A stretch of DNA of 20,000 bases from an uncultured virus (IMG/VR IMGVR_UViG_2630968639_000002). Taxonomy: Duplodnaviria > Heunggongvirae > Uroviricota > Caudoviricetes. The notes under the pieces were generated by a model. It did no database searches. It had not been told where the DNA came from and saw nothing but the letters and a program-made list of their open reading frames with translations. The position numbers and the translations under genes were made by a program. Shown here in pieces: positions 1-7,609 of this stretch (the stretch's first letter is position 1; the number at the start of each line of letters is the position of its first letter). The stretch is taken from IMG/VR virus record IMGVR_UViG_2630968639_000002, positions 53,817 to 73,816 of that record; one strand, 5' to 3'.

Positions 1-2
1 AG

Positions 3-338
3 TTCGTGAGCTGCGACCAGATCTGTCTTGTACTCAACTGTGCCTGTGTAGCCTGGGCTACTGGTCACGCCAGATGATTTGGCCATTTCGCTTTTTTGCT
101 CGGCACGTTTAGCTTGAATTGCATCAAGTGCCTTTTTCGATAGCGTTGGTTCATCTGGAAACTGTGTTGTGTACATTTTCAGTACGGTGTCAGGATCGGC
201 ATCTTTTACTGACTCAGGAATGCCCTCGCAATTACCATTGGCAACATGGGACTTAAAATAGTGAAATGATTTTCCGCACCACTTGCAAACAAGGTAATCA
301 GAAGGATTTTTTTCATTTTGCAGTGCAGTAGTAGTCAT
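3..338 (-). CDS. 5' part of a probable CobS/MoxR-like AAA+ ATPase with N-terminal zinc-finger-like motif (runs off left edge)
   Basis: Translated by hand: MTTTALQNEKNPSDYLVCKWCGKSFHYFKSH..., open to window edge, AAAGGA RBS upstream. The ATPase call is inferred only from adjacency to the CobT-like VWA gene; the ATPase domain is not in the window. Confidence 0.6.
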   Translation of the reverse strand, partial: MTTTALQNEKNPSDYLVCKWCGKSFHYFKSHVANGNCEGIPESVKDADPDTVLKMYTTQFPDEPTLSKKALDAIQAKRAEQKSEMAKSSGVTSSPGYTGTVEYKTDLVAAHE

Positions 339-433
339 GCGTTTTTCCTTTGTTTTCTAATGAGCGTTCAACTTCTTATATAAATATATCATTATCTATC
401 GTAAGTGGTTACTTATCGTTAAGGCTGTTTTGT

Positions 434-2542
434 TCACTTTAAAATGATACGAGATAGTTCAGTAACTACAGATGAACCAAGACTATCAACGCTCGTTACC
501 AGGGCATGATTTGAGTAAAATCTCTCCGGTGCGTCAGTCATGATGCCAATTGCCATCAAATCAATGTCAGTCTGCGTTTCAATTTGCTTCGCAACCGAAC
601 GCAAATGAGCGTCAAAACCTCTCCCAACAGCCCACGGCTCGCCATCACTCAGAACAAGCATGATCTTCCTGTCCTCCATGCGACCGGAAAATAACGATGC
701 AAGGCTGGCTATGCTTTCACCATCCACGTTATTAAGAAGTGGGAATGTGTAGCCTACGCACCCCATACGTGAGCGAACTTCGCGAGAATTTACCTTTTCA
801 TTCCAATTTTTGATGATAGGTAGCATTAAAGATTCAAAGCGAGAGAACTCATACTTGACAGCCTTAAGTTCTCCTGCCGCCATATGACTACCAAATGTAG
901 TGAAGCCGGTGATAATGTTGGGAACATTTATTCGATCAAGGGCATCGGCGATGGTATATGCACTTGCAAGAGCTAGTTTTATCGTTTCGCCACTCATTGA
1001 ACCTGATAAATCAATCACTTGCTGAACACAGGCGTTAACGGCTTTAGATTCTTCTTTTTTACGAAACACGCGATCATCATTCATTGCTAATCTGTAGATA
1101 CTAGAACCATGAATGCGCCCCCGACGCTGGCCCGGTATAAACTGAACTCTGTTTCTGCTTGCTATTGCTCGCTCCAGGTCTTTTGCCAGCGTCGACGAAA
1201 CACCTGACGAAAGATGCTTTTCAATATATTTGTCGAAGAGCTGGTTGCCTTCAGGAACGATGCGATAGCGGCTGATTGGACATCCTCCTAAATCAATATC
1301 GGAGAATGTTTTAATAAGCCGTTTGATATGGGCTTCTGCCTGATCAATCGAGCCGATGAAGTCGTATGAGCGATTGTATGGCCTGTATTCGCTTTTCGAG
1401 CTTTCTGTTAACTCGCTTTTAATCGTTTCGGATAGAGCATCTTCTGTCATGCCTCCGACTTCATCTTCTATGCTATCCAGCTCCTCTAAAGCCTCTTCCA
1501 GACTCATTTTTGACGGAGTTGGGATATCTGAAGAGCCGTCTTCTGTCGTTTTTCTTTTTTCGTGGTCAGCGGTAAATGATTCTGACACCGCGTTATCAGA
1601 AGCATCAGAATCTGATACCTCTTTATCATTTTCTGTATCATCGAATATTGTTTCTGATGATTCAGAATTATCTGAATCATCATCGTCGTTATTATCATGT
1701 TTGTGCTTACTGTGTGATTCTGATTTGATAGATTTGTGATTATCTAACGCTGAGGGTGTCTCATGATCTTCGTTGTCTTCATTGTTTTCTCCAGAGGCAT
1801 CCGTCTGGTCAGCGTCTGAAGGATCGGAAGTTTTTCCCGTAGCTGACTCCTTACCTTTGCTTTCACTTTCAGTGTCTTTGAGGATCTTAGCTATGGTCGC
1901 AGCCACCTTTACACAATCCTCGGTGCAAGACATGTTACGCACGGCCACATCGATACCATGTTCTTTTAATAATGAAATTGGTTTCTCAATGACAGGCCAA
2001 TATTCATCCATGAAATCTACGAACGGTGCTTGGCCATCCCAGGCTCTTACAACCGGACAGAGAAAGAAGTTTAGAAAAAGCGCGCGCTGATCTTTGCCAC
2101 AATAAGCAATAGCCTCTGAAGCCTTTGGTTTAAAGACTTTTTCGATTATAAGGCGCTGAGTTGCCATCAGATTACGTCTTGTTCCGTTAAAGACCTGACC
2201 CATTTTTCGCTCGATGAACACGTCTTCTAAGGCATTCCATAGCGACCAGGAAGGAACGCGTCCTTTTTCTCTCATTTTGTTGGACACACGAATATCGGTA
2301 AACAAAATGTGAGCAACCTCATGATCGAGAAATCCGCGCACAGCATTCATCAATGCCGGTGTTGCGTTATCCGGGATTGATGGGATGTTTACGAGAATTG
2401 GCTCTCCATCATCGTTATAGCGTACATAAGCGTCGTCCCCTCGTTCTGCAACAGGGATGTTTTTACCTGAAAGGAGAGCGACTACTCGTTTTACACTGTC
2501 ACGGAAGTCCTGAACCTCTTTGATGGAACGTTTTTTAGACAT
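434..2542 (-). CDS. CobT-like VWA-domain protein (N-terminal HExxH motif, acidic linker, C-terminal VWA/MIDAS)
   Basis: 702 aa; HEVAH motif; long D/E/S-rich linker; MIDAS DLSGSMS, NVDGE and LSDGEP motifs. Confidence 0.85.
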   Translation of the reverse strand: MSKKRSIKEVQDFRDSVKRVVALLSGKNIPVAERGDDAYVRYNDDGEPILVNIPSIPDNATPALMNAVRGFLDHEVAHILFTDIRVSNKMREKGRVPSWSLWNALEDVFIERKMGQVFNGTRRNLMATQRLIIEKVFKPKASEAIAYCGKDQRALFLNFFLCPVVRAWDGQAPFVDFMDEYWPVIEKPISLLKEHGIDVAVRNMSCTEDCVKVAATIAKILKDTESESKGKESATGKTSDPSDADQTDASGENNEDNEDHETPSALDNHKSIKSESHSKHKHDNNDDDDSDNSESSETIFDDTENDKEVSDSDASDNAVSESFTADHEKRKTTEDGSSDIPTPSKMSLEEALEELDSIEDEVGGMTEDALSETIKSELTESSKSEYRPYNRSYDFIGSIDQAEAHIKRLIKTFSDIDLGGCPISRYRIVPEGNQLFDKYIEKHLSSGVSSTLAKDLERAIASRNRVQFIPGQRRGRIHGSSIYRLAMNDDRVFRKKEESKAVNACVQQVIDLSGSMSGETIKLALASAYTIADALDRINVPNIITGFTTFGSHMAAGELKAVKYEFSRFESLMLPIIKNWNEKVNSREVRSRMGCVGYTFPLLNNVDGESIASLASLFSGRMEDRKIMLVLSDGEPWAVGRGFDAHLRSVAKQIETQTDIDLMAIGIMTDAPERFYSNHALVTSVDSLGSSVVTELSRIILK

Positions 2543-2640
2543 GGCTAATCCTTTGTTATGAAAACAAATTATTTACTAGTGTGTTTAATGTAGCACTGCG
2601 CGAACAGGGAACTAAGCCATTCGCGCAGGGAGAAGAGGGG

Positions 2641-2853
2641 TTAACAGATTCTGACGGCTAAAGACCCGGAGCCGGTATTGAGAAGCGTGAAGCGTTTGTT
2701 GTTAAGTTCGAATATAAATCCAGTTGTGTCATTCACACCAACCTGAATCTGCTCATTCGGTAGATCGGTGAGGATGTCAGCTACACACTCATCAACTAAT
2801 TTCTGTACGTGTCCGATCTCAAGAGCGATTAGGCTGGAAATAGTGGTGTTCAT
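2641..2853 (-). CDS. Hypothetical protein, 70 aa
   Basis: ORF on the backbone strand with a GGA-containing RBS; no recognisable motif. Confidence 0.6.
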   Translation of the reverse strand: MNTTISSLIALEIGHVQKLVDECVADILTDLPNEQIQVGVNDTTGFIFELNNKRFTLLNTGSGSLAVRIC

Positions 2854-3104
2854 TCAATCAATCCATTCTAACTTATACTATGGTAAGGAATACTACTAAA
2901 ATTTGTATCAATACTGAATACATTCATATCATATGCAAGTTGATTTTCTTACCTATTTTTGGCTAATTTTTCTCCGTGCAATGGCCTTTAACCGGTCTTT
3001 TAAGTGCCTATCGAAAAAAATGATAATAGCTTTACAACCCTAACCTTTGATGTAATATCGGTAAGCACTTACCAGAGAGAATTGAACGCGCAAAGGTTGT
3101 AACC

Positions 3105-3491
3105 ATGTCTGATAACAAGATTGAATTTATAGAAAGTCGCTACGCTGCTTTTATCGCAGGGTTGATTGAATCCTCACCTATGAGCCAGGCCCAGATAGCC
3201 AAAACAATTGGGTATAAAAACGCCAACAACCTTTCTTTAATTAAAAGCGGCAAAATTCCTTTGCCTATCGATAAGGTTCGTCCGCTGGCGCTGGCACTGG
3301 GTATTGAGCCAAGTCGTCTTATGATGATGGTGCTGGAAGAACGCCAACCCGAACTCGCAGCATTTTTATACAAAGAAGGCACTGCTCCTCTTAACGAGGA
3401 CGAAAAACAGGTTCTTGCTGCATATAACGAGCGATTCGGTAAAGAGAAAGGCGCATCACAAAAGGTTGTTGAGGCCATAAAGTCTCTATGA
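3105..3491 (+). CDS. XRE/Cro-CI family HTH transcriptional regulator (candidate repressor)
   Basis: SQAQIAKTIGYKNANNLSLIKSGK HTH signature; AAGG RBS; palindromic operator in its promoter. Confidence 0.85.
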   Translation: MSDNKIEFIESRYAAFIAGLIESSPMSQAQIAKTIGYKNANNLSLIKSGKIPLPIDKVRPLALALGIEPSRLMMMVLEERQPELAAFLYKEGTAPLNEDEKQVLAAYNERFGKEKGASQKVVEAIKSL

Positions 3492-4589
3492 AAAATTTAC
3501 ACGAATAAGCTCTGTTGATAGACGATCTCCCTTAAATTTGTGGTCAATTTCGTCTAAATCCGGTTGCTCTACGATTGATGCGATGTACGTCGAGAAACTT
3601 TCTAAGGCGTCTCGCATCTCGTCCATATAATCGTGCCGGTCGTAGACCCGATCTATCCCCTCAAGACTGTGGTTCATGATTTTACGTGATACCTCCTGGC
3701 TTATGCCTAATGCTGGGAAGTAACTACGCGCAGTACGGCGCAAATCTCGGGGTGTAAATGGCTCAAGCTCCATCAGTTCTGGTCGTTCCAGAATACGACG
3801 TAATGCCTGGGCTATTGCCACTTTAGACATAGGAAGGTCTTTCCCGATTTTTTTATTCGAAGGCACGAGCCACTGGCTGTCTTTACCATATTCGAACAAC
3901 TCTTCAATACAAGTGCGCATTAATGAGCTTAAAGGCAGAGAATGCTCACGGGCAGATTTGTTCCTCTTGCCTTGATTCCAAACCCCACGCTTAAGATTGA
4001 ACTCACTTTTTTTAGCCCGCAGTACTTCGTCAGGTCGTCTTGCGGATACAAGACATAGCCTGGCCGCCCATTTTGTACCAGCACACACATTGAAGTAGTC
4101 CCATATATTCCAGAACACCCATACCTCTGCGTCGGTCAGCTTCCGCTCGCGAGGTGTGGGCTTTGCGCCACCGGCAACTTTGTTAAGTGACATATCGTTT
4201 AACGGTGACACGTCTATCATCCCCTGGAAGGCGCACCAGCTAAGGAACTGCTTCATCAGAGAGAAAACGCGGCGGCCCATAACAATTTTGCCATCCAGTA
4301 TTAGTGGGTTGACCAGTTGGTTCACCATGAACCTATTAATGTCACTTACTTTTACATCGGCAATGTGCGGCAAAACATGTATCAAAATACAATGAACAGC
4401 GATCTCTGGCCGACGTCTGGTTATCAGCAGAGATAAGCGAGTGAATAACATGAATGCGTCCGAGAATCTCATGTCATTGCTGACCTGGGAGATCATAACG
4501 GCCTGCATTTGAGATGCTCTTTCGAGATACTCTATCGCCTCTTTTGAGGTGTTCTCCGCAGCGCGTGCTCTGTCAAAGCTATTTTTCAT
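3486..4589 (-). CDS. Tyrosine recombinase / integrase
   Basis: Catalytic motifs ARRPDE (R), RNK (K), RDLRRT (HxxR variant), MNH (H), VY (Y). Confidence 0.9.
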   Translation of the reverse strand: MKNSFDRARAAENTSKEAIEYLERASQMQAVMISQVSNDMRFSDAFMLFTRLSLLITRRRPEIAVHCILIHVLPHIADVKVSDINRFMVNQLVNPLILDGKIVMGRRVFSLMKQFLSWCAFQGMIDVSPLNDMSLNKVAGGAKPTPRERKLTDAEVWVFWNIWDYFNVCAGTKWAARLCLVSARRPDEVLRAKKSEFNLKRGVWNQGKRNKSAREHSLPLSSLMRTCIEELFEYGKDSQWLVPSNKKIGKDLPMSKVAIAQALRRILERPELMELEPFTPRDLRRTARSYFPALGISQEVSRKIMNHSLEGIDRVYDRHDYMDEMRDALESFSTYIASIVEQPDLDEIDHKFKGDRLSTELIRVNFS

Positions 4590-4615
4590 ATGACAATCAC
4601 CGAGTTACGCCGATG

Positions 4616-4635
4616 CACTGTATAAGTAAACAGTA
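4616..4635. promoter_or_regulatory. LexA (SOS) box upstream of the recombinase
   Basis: CACTGTATAAGTAAACAGTA fits CTG-N10-CAG and is close to consensus TACTGTATATATATACAGTA. Confidence 0.8.
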
Positions 4636-4663
4636 TATTAGGCATAGATTCTTATAGGATCAA
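4635..4663 (-). promoter_or_regulatory. Sigma70 promoter of the recombinase
   Basis: Minus strand TTGATC-N17-TAATAT; the -10 element abuts the SOS box. Confidence 0.6.
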
Positions 4664-4687
4664 GAGTAAAAGTAACTCATTTTCACT

Positions 4688-4720
4688 AATGATTCCATAC
4701 ATAGTAGGTATGGAATCATT
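4688..4720. repeat. 13-7-13 perfect inverted repeat, candidate lox-like recombination site
   Basis: AATGATTCCATAC-ATAGTAG-GTATGGAATCATT, ~100 bp upstream of the recombinase start, asymmetric spacer. Confidence 0.6.
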
Positions 4721-4773
4721 TAGACGTCGTTTTTTAAATTTTAAGGTAAACAGGAGTGAGTTTGGTGGGGAAT

Positions 4774-4797
4774 AAAAAACGGCTCCTGTGAGCCGTT
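4774..4797 (-). terminator. Intrinsic terminator after glutaredoxin
   Basis: Minus strand AACGGCTC-ACAG-GAGCCGTT followed by TTTT. Confidence 0.75.
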
Positions 4798-4801
4798 AAA
4801 A

Positions 4802-5047
4802 TCAGAGGGTGCTGACGTATGCAGCCAGTTCTGTGTATCCGCCAATCGGCTGGCCATCGATCAGCACCTGGGGGATAGTCTCTACCGGTTTATCAACAAT
4901 TTCACTTAGTTTTTCCTTGTCGATACCGGCAGTGGTGATGTCGATGTACTCATAATCACCGTAGCCATGTCCCTTTAGTTGCTTCGCCAGCTCAACCGCA
5001 CGTTTGCAGTATGAGCAGTTATCTCGTCCGTAGATAACGACTTTCAT
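4802..5047 (-). CDS. grxA: Glutaredoxin (GrxA-like)
   Basis: CSYC active site, TIPQV and IGGY motifs; start overlaps upstream stop; GAGG RBS. Confidence 0.9.
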   Translation of the reverse strand: MKVVIYGRDNCSYCKRAVELAKQLKGHGYGDYEYIDITTAGIDKEKLSEIVDKPVETIPQVLIDGQPIGGYTELAAYVSTL

Positions 5048-5172
5048 CACTTCACCTCGTGCAACTGCTGTTCATTAACGATGATTGTGTCAATTTCGTA
5101 GCCGTGGATGCGTGGCTTTGGCTTCACTGCCTGACGAGCTGCGCGACGCGCCTGTTTACGTTTGTTTCCCAT
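5047..5172 (-). CDS. Small basic protein, 41 aa, Arg/Lys-rich N-terminus
   Basis: MGNKRKQARRAARQAVKPKPR...; AAAGGA RBS before ATG at 5172; coupled to the glutaredoxin gene. Confidence 0.55.
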   Translation of the reverse strand: MGNKRKQARRAARQAVKPKPRIHGYEIDTIIVNEQQLHEVK

Positions 5173-5321
5173 ATAGAGTCCTTTCAAGTGAGTAAGTGTC
5201 GTGACTATAGCTAAAATGAATAGGTGAGTCATTACCTATTTAATGTGTTTGGTTACTAAGCAGAAATGGCTTTGTGAGGTTGACACATTAGAAACGGCAA
5301 GACAGCTTTAAACTAGCTGAA

Positions 5322-6611
5322 ATGGTATGGTCGATTAGGTATCATTCAGTTTCAAAATTAACCAAAGACACTGATAAAATGCCTGTTTTGTTAATCCTCA
5401 TACTTGGGACAGTGATGATTATTTTCTGGGATACCGTCAAGGAAAACGTAGAGGTCATAGGTACACTTGCCACTTCACTTGCATTTTTCGCCACAGCATG
5501 GGCCGCTTACGAGGCAAGGCATAGTGCAAAGGCAGCAATGAGGGCCACTAGGCTGACGGCAGCTTCACTCCTTGAAATGAAAAAAGCCTCTTTTAAGGAA
5601 TGGTACGGCATATTACTTGAACAGCATAATAGATTACTTGAGGATGTTAACAAGACCTTGCAGGATGATAGGGAACTTAATGCAAAACTGGGAACGAATC
5701 TCATCAAGGCTATTTATTACCATGTAACCAAAAACTCCGTTTACATTAAATATATTAACCACATAGTTTTAATTCTTGATTATTTAGATAAAGACTTCTA
5801 TTCGCCGTCATCAGCCGATTATGAAAAGAGAGCTTACATAGAACAGCTGCGCAACAGCATTAGTCCTAATGTAAGCCTGCTGATAGCTACATTCGGCCTT
5901 AATATTGACACTAATAAAACCTATGACGCAAAGAGGCTTTACAGCCTGCTAAGCAAGTATAACTTCTTCGAAGGCCAACTTTTTTTTGAAGAAGCAATAT
6001 CGAAAGTTCATTATTTGGACTCTTATGCTGCTGTGATATTTGATAACGAATACCGAAAAGATGTAGAGTTTTATGTTGAAGAAATGGTTCGAGGTCGTGA
6101 GACCCCTAAAATCGATTCAAGATATCGTCATTTAAGGGCTACGTTCGCAATTCTGTGGTCTTACAACAACCCCTGCCGACAACATTTGCTTCAAAGATTT
6201 AATGACCTACCTATGCATATGCGAAACAGCATTGAGCTGAGGATGGAAAATGCAGCCGATAAAGTAGCTGAGTTCAACTCTTTGTTACTTGGTTTTATAG
6301 GCTGGGAGCTTAGAATCGCAGGTAATAAAGTGAGGGTGATCAAGGATGAAAAACATTTAAAGAGGCTAATAAAACTCAACGATAAGTATCCTATTCCCCC
6401 CCGAGAGAAAGGTATTCTGTTAACCAATGGTTTCACCAATAGATTCGCTGATGAGATTAAAAATAGTCTGTCTATGTATAAGTTAGAAAATGCCTATTTA
6501 GCACTCAACTCTAATCAACACAAAGAAAAGGTGATTGATGAAATTGTTGTTGAAGTTGAGAAAATTGTCGATAAATTTAAAGCAGAACTTGATTCTTTGG
6601 ATTTCAACTAA
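5322..6611 (+). CDS. Membrane-anchored protein resembling the putative phage abortive infection (putAbiC-like) family; true start may be 5379
   Basis: Two N-terminal hydrophobic segments, LLEQHN and YIEQLRNSIS motifs, AT-rich, opposite to backbone; family assignment from memory. Confidence 0.6.
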   Translation: MVWSIRYHSVSKLTKDTDKMPVLLILILGTVMIIFWDTVKENVEVIGTLATSLAFFATAWAAYEARHSAKAAMRATRLTAASLLEMKKASFKEWYGILLEQHNRLLEDVNKTLQDDRELNAKLGTNLIKAIYYHVTKNSVYIKYINHIVLILDYLDKDFYSPSSADYEKRAYIEQLRNSISPNVSLLIATFGLNIDTNKTYDAKRLYSLLSKYNFFEGQLFFEEAISKVHYLDSYAAVIFDNEYRKDVEFYVEEMVRGRETPKIDSRYRHLRATFAILWSYNNPCRQHLLQRFNDLPMHMRNSIELRMENAADKVAEFNSLLLGFIGWELRIAGNKVRVIKDEKHLKRLIKLNDKYPIPPREKGILLTNGFTNRFADEIKNSLSMYKLENAYLALNSNQHKEKVIDEIVVEVEKIVDKFKAELDSLDFN

Positions 6612-6613
6612 GC

Positions 6614-6637
6614 AAAAAGGGGCCGAAGCCCCTTTAA
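6614..6637. terminator. Bidirectional intrinsic terminator ending the tRNA/ncRNA unit and the Abi-like gene
   Basis: Minus strand AAAGGGGC-TTCG-GCCCCTTTTT with a cUUCGg tetraloop. Confidence 0.85.
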
Positions 6638-6710
6638 TTATTTGCGCTGAAAAAAGTGTTGCTAGGATGTTAGCAAGCTATGGTTAAGAACGTCTGCCGC
6701 AATTGTCTAT

Positions 6711-6788
6711 CACAGCGTTGAGCGGTCTGGTTTATGTTAGCGGAGTCTTAATCTGGGTGATTAAAAGGCCAAACCGCTCAACGCTGTG
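6711..6788 (-). ncRNA. Long stem-loop 1 (20-bp stem, 38-nt loop), RNase III-like substrate
   Basis: cacagcgttgagcggtctgg / ccaaaccgctcaacgctgtg; the single mismatch is G-U on the minus strand. Confidence 0.55.
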
Positions 6789-6790
6789 TC

Positions 6791-6877
6791 TGGCGGAGAG
6801 TAATGGAATCGAACCATCATCGCTTGCGCAATGGGACGGTTTTCAAGACCGCTTGAGCACCATGCTCCCTACTCTCC
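6791..6877 (-). tRNA. tRNA-Ser(TGA)
   Basis: GGAGAGT acceptor stem, GCGGT-cTTGAaa-ACCGT anticodon arm, long variable arm, GGTTCGATTCC, encoded CCA. Confidence 0.95.
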
Positions 6878-6881
6878 AGTT

Positions 6882-7005
6882 GTTGTGGTGCCGGGGGCTT
6901 CCCGGTGTCCTTTGGCTGGTTATCCACCGTGGACGGAGCCAATAGTCATCACAAAGGATCAATATAACCATTTCCCCGCGTGCGCTTAGCCGCATTCACC
7001 ACAAC
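6882..7005 (-). ncRNA. Multi-branched structured RNA element with tRNA-like 3' end
   Basis: Closing stem GTTGTGGTG/CACCACAAC; internal hairpins TGCG-gctaag-CGCA and CCGGG-aagcc-CCCGG followed by CACCA. Confidence 0.5.
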
Positions 7006-7089
7006 GAAAAGAGCACTGTATGACGTTTGCACGGACTTACGCTTAAAACAGGGCAGTCTCGGCGGTTCTCAATGCTCTTTCCTGTTGTG
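7000..7089 (-). ncRNA. Long stem-loop 3 (~19-bp stem, ~51-nt loop), RNase III-like substrate
   Basis: Minus strand cacaacaggaaagagcattg / cagtgctcttttcgttgtg with two G-U pairs and one bulge. Confidence 0.55.
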
Positions 7090-7090
7090 T

Positions 7091-7166
7091 TGGTGCCGGT
7101 TAACGGATTCGAACCGCCGACCATTCGCTTACAAGGCGACTGCTCTACCAACTGAGCTAAACCGGC
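7091..7166 (-). tRNA. tRNA-Thr(TGT)
   Basis: 76 nt cloverleaf, anticodon loop CTTGTAA, GGTTCGAATCC, encoded CCA. Confidence 0.95.
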
Positions 7167-7170
7167 AATT

Positions 7171-7257
7171 TGGTGGGGAGTGATGGAGTCGAACCACCCG
7201 AGTCGCAATGACAGTAGATTTACAGTCTACACCGCTACCTCTACGGACTAACTCCCC
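7171..7257 (-). tRNA. tRNA-Tyr(GTA)
   Basis: GTAGA-ctGTAaa-TCTAC anticodon arm, long variable arm, GGTTCGACTCC, encoded CCA. Confidence 0.95.
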
Positions 7258-7262
7258 TAAAT

Positions 7263-7337
7263 TGGCGATGGTGGGTGGATTCGAACCACCGACCAGTTGG
7301 TTAACAGCCAACTGCTCTACCGCTGAGCTACACCATC
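7263..7337 (-). tRNA. tRNA-Asn(GTT)
   Basis: GTTGG-ctGTTaa-CCAAC anticodon arm, GGTTCGAATCC, encoded CCA. Confidence 0.95.
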
Positions 7338-7545
7338 AATTCGGCACTGCCAGTATTTATTACTCAACAGTGCCAATCGCGACGGTTTAGTTTCTGCCAG
7401 GAAACGCACCGCTACTTGCACTTTTCGTTAGTGCCAGACGCTTTCGACTTCGCTCAATAGTAGAAGGCAAAATCTTTAAGTAGATGATGTTTCTGAGGAC
7501 AGCACCTACTTTGTAATTTATACAATGTGATGTATGGAATCATTT

Positions 7546-7609
7546 GTTGTGAAAACAGGCACCAATGGCAACAGTGGTTAAACCTACACAACAATCCTGT
7601 CTTCACAAC
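7546..7609 (-). ncRNA. Stem-loop 5 (14-bp stem, 36-nt loop)
   Basis: gttgtgaaaacagg / cctgtcttcacaac; mismatch is G-U on the minus strand. Confidence 0.5.

Noticed and set aside
1500..1880. Low-complexity TCA/ATC-rich stretch
   Set aside because: Explained by the acidic D/E/S linker of the VWA protein; not a true tandem repeat.
6971..6980. TTCCCCGCG resembling part of a type I-E CRISPR repeat; the stem array read as a CRISPR or TIGR array
   Set aside because: Only 9 bp match, no regular direct repeats or constant spacing, and no cas or Nop-domain gene in the window.
7454..7543. 29-codon minus-strand ORF (MIPYITLYKL...) sharing its first five codons with ORF 8403-8555
   Set aside because: No Shine-Dalgarno sequence; the similarity is limited to the 17-bp DNA repeat reported as a finding.
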